Below, in pieces: positions 58,127 through 64,000 of a stretch of DNA of 64,000 nucleotides. The position numbers and the translations under genes are program-made. Every line of letters begins with the position of its first letter. Position 1 is the first letter of the stretch. Origin of the DNA: Eledone cirrhosa (taxonomy: Eukaryota). The stretch is from assembly GCA_964016885.1 (NCBI GenBank), contig OZ024746.1:36270001-36334000 (forward strand), in the 5' to 3' direction. Below the pieces are notes generated by a model. It ran no database searches. It was not told where the DNA came from and was given only the letters and a program-made list of their open reading frames with translations.

Positions 58127-59647
58127 AAAGACGTAAAATAGGAAAATAAAAAAAAAAATTAAAAAAATTAACTTACTAGAATGTTCACTCCAACTAATTA
58201 CTTTCTGCAATGGGATAAAGACAGTTACGTAATGAACTGTTGAGAATTTCATTGCGTCATCAGGGAGGTCTATCCTCAGCCAAGTCTGTAAGCAATGCGC
58301 TGAAACTGGGGACTCATATAAAAATAATAATAATTCGGTAAATGGAACAGCTATCGGGGACTCGATTCTAAGTACTGAAAATCTCGCTGCCACTGGTCAA
58401 ATGGCCGATTCTAAAGAATCAATCACGTGACACTGAGGCTAGTCGGTAGGAATGGGATGGTAAGATGACAGACGCCTACTAACACACCAAAAATTTAGTA
58501 GTTGTTTTGGCAGGTTTGCTCGACAAATCAGTGATTTGGAGATAAATATAGATCATTTAATATATCTACTAACATAAGCGCACAGATGTACGCTAATGCC
58601 AGCAAATACACAGGTTATGTCATAGTACCTAGGTGGTTCAATGCAGGAGGATGCAGAACAATAATATAAAAGACGTAAAATAAGAAAATTAAAAAAAAAT
58701 TTTTTTTAAATTAACTTACTAAAATTTTCACTCCAACTAATTAGTTTCTGCAATGGGATAAAGACAATTACGTAATGAACTTTTGAGAATTTCATTGCGT
58801 CATCAGGGAGGTCTATTCTCAGCCAAGTCTCCAGGCAATGCGCGGACAATGGGGACTCATATAAAAATAATAATAATTCGGTAAATGGAACAGCTATCGG
58901 GGACTGGATTCTAAGTACTGAAAATCTCGCTGCCACTGGTCAAATGGCCGATTCTAAAGAATCAATCACGTGACACTGAGGCTAGTCGGTAGGAGTGGGA
59001 TGGTAAGATGACAGACGCCTACTAACACACCAACAATTTAGTAGTGGTTTTGGCAGGTTTGCTCGACAAATCAGTGATTTGGAGATAAATATAGATAATT
59101 TAATATATCTACTAACATAAGCGCACAGATGTACGCTAATGCCAGCAAATACACAGGTTATGTCATAGTACCTAGGTGGTTCAATGCAGGAGGATGCAGA
59201 ACAATAATATAAAAGACGTAAAATAAGAAAATTTAAAAAAAATTTAAAAAAATTAACTTACTAAAATTTTCACTCCAACTAATTAGTTTCTGCAATGGGA
59301 TAAAGAGAGTTACGTAATGAACTGTTGAGAATTTCATTGCGTCATCAGGGAGGTTTATTCTCAGCCAAGTCTCCAGGCAAAGCGCGGACACTGATGACGC
59401 AATGAAATTCTCAACAGTTCATTACGTATCTGTCTTTATCCCATTGCAGAAACAAATTAGTTAGAGTGAAAATTTTAGTAAGTTAATTTAAAAAAAATGT
59501 TTTTTAAATTTTCTTATTTTACGTCTTTTATATTATTGTTCTGCATCCTCCTGCATTAAACCACCTAGGTAGTATGACATAACCTGTGTATTTGCTGGCA
59601 TTAGCGTACATCTGTGCGCTTATGTTAGTAGATATATTAAATTATCT
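58123..59647 (-). repeat. 542/543-bp tandem repeat (~2.3 units) plus inverted partial unit; retrozyme-like
   Basis: TATAAAAGACGTAAAATA at ~58123, 58665 and 59208. Inverted copy at 59391-59647. One HHR per unit. Confidence 0.9.
58731..58810 (-). ncRNA. Type I hammerhead; further copies at 58188-58267 and 59273-59352
   Basis: CTCC-CTGATGA-C-GCAATG..CATTGC-A-GAAA-CTAATTAG-TT-GGAG. Confidence 0.85.
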
Positions 59648-59648
59648 A

Positions 59649-59727
<79 letters not shown>

Positions 59728-59831
59728 GGATTAACAAATAATAGTTAAATGCAGTCCACTTAGGTGAAGTCCAGTTATGGTATTCCAGGTAGTGGATGAT
59801 ATTAACGCTTGGCTTTTCTTCATTCTCGCAT

Positions 59832-59937
59832 GCTCCGAAGATCTGACGGGTTATAATTCTGTATTGGCGATCGAGTGACGCAAAATTAGGCGGATAGCGA
59901 TCTCTAGACAGACCAGTTCAGTGAAACAAATGTAAGC
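59832..59937 (+). ncRNA. Hammerhead (C4 variant) with long loop II in a solo element between (TA)n tracts
   Basis: GCT-CCGAAGA-T-CTGA...TCAG-T-GAAA-CAAATG-TA-AGC. Confidence 0.6.
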
Positions 59938-59989
59938 TATGTGATTAAAAACTTTTTTGTATAGCAAACCATGTAAACCTTCTTTCCTG

Positions 59990-60086
<97 letters not shown>

Positions 60087-61082
60087 CATATGTACACATA
60101 CGTTTGTGTGTGTATACACGTTCAAACAACCAAAGTGTGTTTCCTTCTAAATAGATCGTGTATGTCCGCTTCTATTATATAATAGTTATGCAACGCTTTA
60201 TTCGTCTCACTACTATAGATCCGTCTCACTGCCTTCAGCCGGATGCTCGTGTAGAAAGTGAGCATCATGCCCTCTCTCTAGAGCAACATAATGACACACA
60301 CGCTGCTTTCGTATATAACCCCTAAGTTAAAACAAACAAGAGAACCAACATCAAGAATTCGGATCACATATTGGTATCTGGGAAGGCCAAATTAAATAAA
60401 CGTTTCTTAATCAAGGGACGAGCTTTAGACACACAGGCAACCGATCGACTACAAAAGTAACAAGTCTCATATTGTCAGTCAAGGAGGCTGGCGTGAAATT
60501 TTCCATCAAATCCAATTTCCTCGAGACATCGATGCCATATGTTAATTTATCTAAAGCTTGTTGATTATGTATCAATGAAAGATCAAACATCTTACATGGG
60601 CTACACAAGGGCACATGCCTTAACGTGAGAGCCAGATTTCATTCTACCGCTGCCCCAAGGTGGGAACTATTTTGTCAAACATGTATTTGTGAGATGAAAG
60701 GTTGGAGATAGCTTTGACAATATTATACATGAAATTCACAAAAAAGTATTGTGGAGTGCCAGAATCTTGCTTTATTGTAGGGAAATCTATTGTTTGAATT
60801 TCTATATGACTTGGTTTGGTTATTGTTTAGGTTTAGGTTTTCATCTAGAATATGAGAGCAGTAAGGTTAGATTCTATAGTTATTTGTGAATCGAAATATC
60901 TGAGATGTTTTAATGATTTATTATGTCTGTACGTTTGCATTCCTAGCTATTTCCCGAGCCTTGTACATGAACAGCTCAATGCATACAGATGGATATAGAT
61001 CGCCTAAAGTGTTTAATAAGGCATAGGCGGATCCAATCGCCTATATATATATATATATATATATAAGTTTTAATATAGATGA

Positions 61083-61131
61083 GATTCTACAGGACTAGAA
61101 CTGTTTCATTCTTTAGAAATCATCAGGAATC
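61083..61131 (-). ncRNA. Compact type I hammerhead
   Basis: GATTC-CTGATGA-T-TTC taaa GAA-T-GAAA-CAG ttctagtc CTG-TA-GAATC. Confidence 0.85.
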
Positions 61132-61986
61132 ATATATATGACGGATGAATGAACATGACCACATGCCATTGTTTCTGTTTGTATGTAGTCATCTTCACAG
61201 GTATATGTTTGTATTTGGTTGCAGTCTTAATATTCAATAATTTATTGTCTTAATAAATTGCATGATGTGTACATTTCTAATTACGTACTTGCATAATATA
61301 TTACACACTAGGTTCGCATACTTTTGAATAGAAAACTCTATAGAACAGTGTTAAATTCTCGAGTAATTATGATTTCATTAATATTTAAATTGTAATTAGG
61401 TGAAGTAAATATATACCAATACGTTTGAAATAAGCACATTTCTATCAGAGGTCAGGCACTTTCAAATCAGAGATTATTCCTAAAGATTTATTCGATATCC
61501 TATATAACCTATAAATGGGTAATATATAATATGCAAGAGGTGTTTCATATAAATGTAATGATGTATTATTGTATGCAGCTTTATATGTTATATATTATGT
61601 AACATAGGTCAAGTATAGTGGGAATGATAAATCAGTATTAGACTTGGGAAATTCGTGAAAAGATGATTTGGTGCAAAGGGGAATTATATTTGTAAGCAAA
61701 TGTAATATTTCGACTTATAAAGCAAAATAAAAGATAATTATTACTAAACCCATGATCTGTTAAGTTTAGGATTATTCCACTTACGGTTGATTAATAGGAA
61801 AAATATAAATTGTTGGGCCATTATTGTATAGTTTATTACGAAATATATTATTAAAATTATTGATCGGATTACATAGAGAATTAGAGTAAATCAAGATGAA
61901 AAAAATGACTATATATAAACTACCGATTCAGGATATTGACATTGAATATTTATCAGATGCAATTTAATACTATATTGGAAATATCC

Positions 61987-62035
<49 letters not shown>

Positions 62036-62037
<2 letters not shown>

Positions 62038-62891
62038 TCATTTAATTTATTGATTTATTGATATTTTATTTGAGTGACCCGAATCTTCCTGGTCGTTCTT
62101 TTTCGGCTGTACGCGTGATTTTAGGCATGACCTCTATGTGTTGGTATTTTAACGATAGTTATAGCTCTGATTTATTCAGATTATTGAGCCCTCTGCCACA
62201 CATATCGGATAATGTTTATCGTTAATTCGTAAGCTGTTTTTTCCGATTCTCGATTATTCTACTATATTTAGCTCTAGACCTTAGCTATTGACCAGTTAAT
62301 TTTATTGATTATTTTTTGTCGATCTTATTGACTGATGAATAGCTCCTGTTTATTTTAACACGTCTGTTGAGCACTCTGATTCGATATGTGATATTTTGTA
62401 TCCTTACATGATTTGCACATCACCGACATTTTTCGCTAATGTAGAGGTTATCTCCCTTGCTGGGTACCATGTGCGTTTCTGGCTAAGGGTCTTCTATTCA
62501 TTGTCGGACGGAATTCCCGTTGAGAAAGCTCTTCCTCGTCCCCCCTTCTCTAGAAGTCTGATATATTTTTTATGTGGGCTGATAGTGATTGGAATAAGGA
62601 ATTGCAGAAACCCAAGAAGCTAGATTTAACTTCCTTCTAGCGGGTCCGGGTGAGTTTTTTACATTCATATAATTTTTTGATTTATTGATATTTTATTTGA
62701 GTGACCCGAATCTTCCTGGTCGTTCTTTTTTGGCTGTACGGGTGATTTTAGGCATGACCTCTATGTGTTGGTATTTTAACGATAGTTATAGCTCTGATTT
62801 ATCCAAATTATTGAGCCCTCTGCCACACACATCGGATATTGTTTATCGTTAATTCGTAAGCTGTTTTTCCGATCCTCGATTATTCTACTAT
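62036..62891. repeat. 627-bp tandem repeat (~1.35 units) bounded by (TA)n
   Basis: GAGTGACCCGAATCTTCCTGGTCG at 62072 and 62699. Confidence 0.85.
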
Positions 62892-62898
62892 ATATGTT

Positions 62899-62954
<56 letters not shown>

Positions 62955-63001
62955 GGAGAGTATTGAAGTTTGCTTGAAGCATTGTGGAATAATAAGATAT
63001 C

Positions 63002-63206
63002 TTTTCTTTAGGTCGTTTTCGAAGCCTTATCAATGCAGATGGGTAATTCTCCGGTAACAAGATCCGGTGGTGAAGAGAGATATATAAGTGAATGTAGAAT
63101 GGATCTCATTCTACATTCACTTACATCTCTCTCTTCACCACCGGATCTTGTTACCGGAGAATTAACCATCTGCATTGTTGAGGCTTCCAAAACGACGTAA
63201 AGAAAA
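63002..63206. repeat. Fold-back hairpin, ~100-bp arms, 5-nt spacer
   Basis: ..AATGTAGAATG-gatct-CATTCTACATT.. Confidence 0.88.
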
Positions 63207-63223
63207 TTTATATTTATATATAT

Positions 63224-63253
<30 letters not shown>

Positions 63254-63254
<1 letters not shown>

Positions 63255-64000
63255 AATGAAAGTTAGAGTTAATAACTCTTACTTAAACCCTGTAATCAGT
63301 AAGCTCAAAGTATAAATACCGAGCATTATAATAATAATATATATGTAGTAAGAAAGACAGTAAATCGTGTGTCTAATATTAATAGGGTTGAAAGACCACA
63401 TTTGTTTGAAATATTTAACCATGAAGCAGACAGAATTGTAAAATAAAATAAAATTATATTATACAAACCGCCTCAATAACAATTATATCTCTCGGACAGA
63501 TTAATCTGTTTCGCCCTGAGTGTGTTTGCAACAGATAATCCATGGGCATCATCAGCGAGAGAATCTGATTAAATGCGACAAACACCTAGTACCAACGTTC
63601 ACACAGAAAAAATTAATTCATCACCTCGTGTGCCGTAAGTCAAAAGTGGTATGAGTGTATTGGGTAGAAAGAACAGTCCAACTCACGCAAATTAATAAGC
63701 TCACCTCTTGAGGGAGCCGACATATAAATGAAAGTTAGAGTTATTAACTCTTACGGAAACCCTGTAATCAGTAAGCTCAAAGTATAAATACCGAGCATTA
63801 TAATAATAATATATATGTAGTAAGAAAGACAGTAAATCGTGTGTCTAATATTACTAGGGTTGAAAGACCACATTTGTTTGAAATATTTAACCATGAAGCA
63901 GACAGAATGATAAAATAAAATAAAATTATATTATACAAACCGCCTCAATAACAATTATATCTCTCGGAGAGATTAATCTGTTTCGCCCTGAGTGTGTTTG
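63254..64000 (-). repeat. 472-bp tandem repeat with HHR (retrozyme-like), runs off the window
   Basis: AAATGAAAGTTAGAGTT at 63254 and 63726. Confidence 0.88.
63488..63562 (-). ncRNA. Canonical type I hammerhead, GUC site
   Basis: TCTCTCG-CTGATGA-T-GCCC..GGGC-GAAA-CAGATTAATCTG-TC-CGAGAGA. 7-bp stem I, palindromic stem III. Confidence 0.92.

Noticed and set aside
58123-59390. CRISPR-like or simple satellite interpretation of the tandem repeats
   Set aside because: Eukaryotic context with no repeat-spacer pattern; units are whole duplicates carrying a ribozyme.
60411-60614. 67-aa minus ORF with LVTFVVDRL resembling a PLE RT motif; similar faint thumb relic at 21790-21890
   Set aside because: Too degenerate to call without a profile search.

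Overview
Eukaryotic, AT-rich, gene-free window made almost entirely of retroelements set in (TA)n, (CA)n and (AAT)n microsatellites. The SINEs and overall composition suggest an octopod or other cephalopod genome (inference). No host protein-coding gene could be supported. Three layers stand out. (1) Many Penelope-like element (PLE) remnants (RT plus C-terminal GIY-YIG), often with inverted or fold-back 3' ends, including a ~5.4 kb head-to-head palindrome. (2) About 20 type I hammerhead ribozyme (HHR) motifs read by eye. Several lie in non-coding 470-540 bp tandem repeats that look like retrozymes. One family shows covariation between two distant arrays, and there are recurrent core variants (U3-A8, U.U closing stem II, long loop II, palindromic stem III). 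(3) A ~16 kb stack of non-LTR elements (26.5-42.8 kb) in which every junction is an (AAT)n tract: two L1/Tx1-like elements (one with an intact 1139-aa ORF2), three R4/Dong-like RLE pieces, and a tRNA-derived SINE whose 3' end resembles the Tx1 3' end. All structures were read manually. Most element boundaries are approximate, and clade names are inferred from motifs without database searches.
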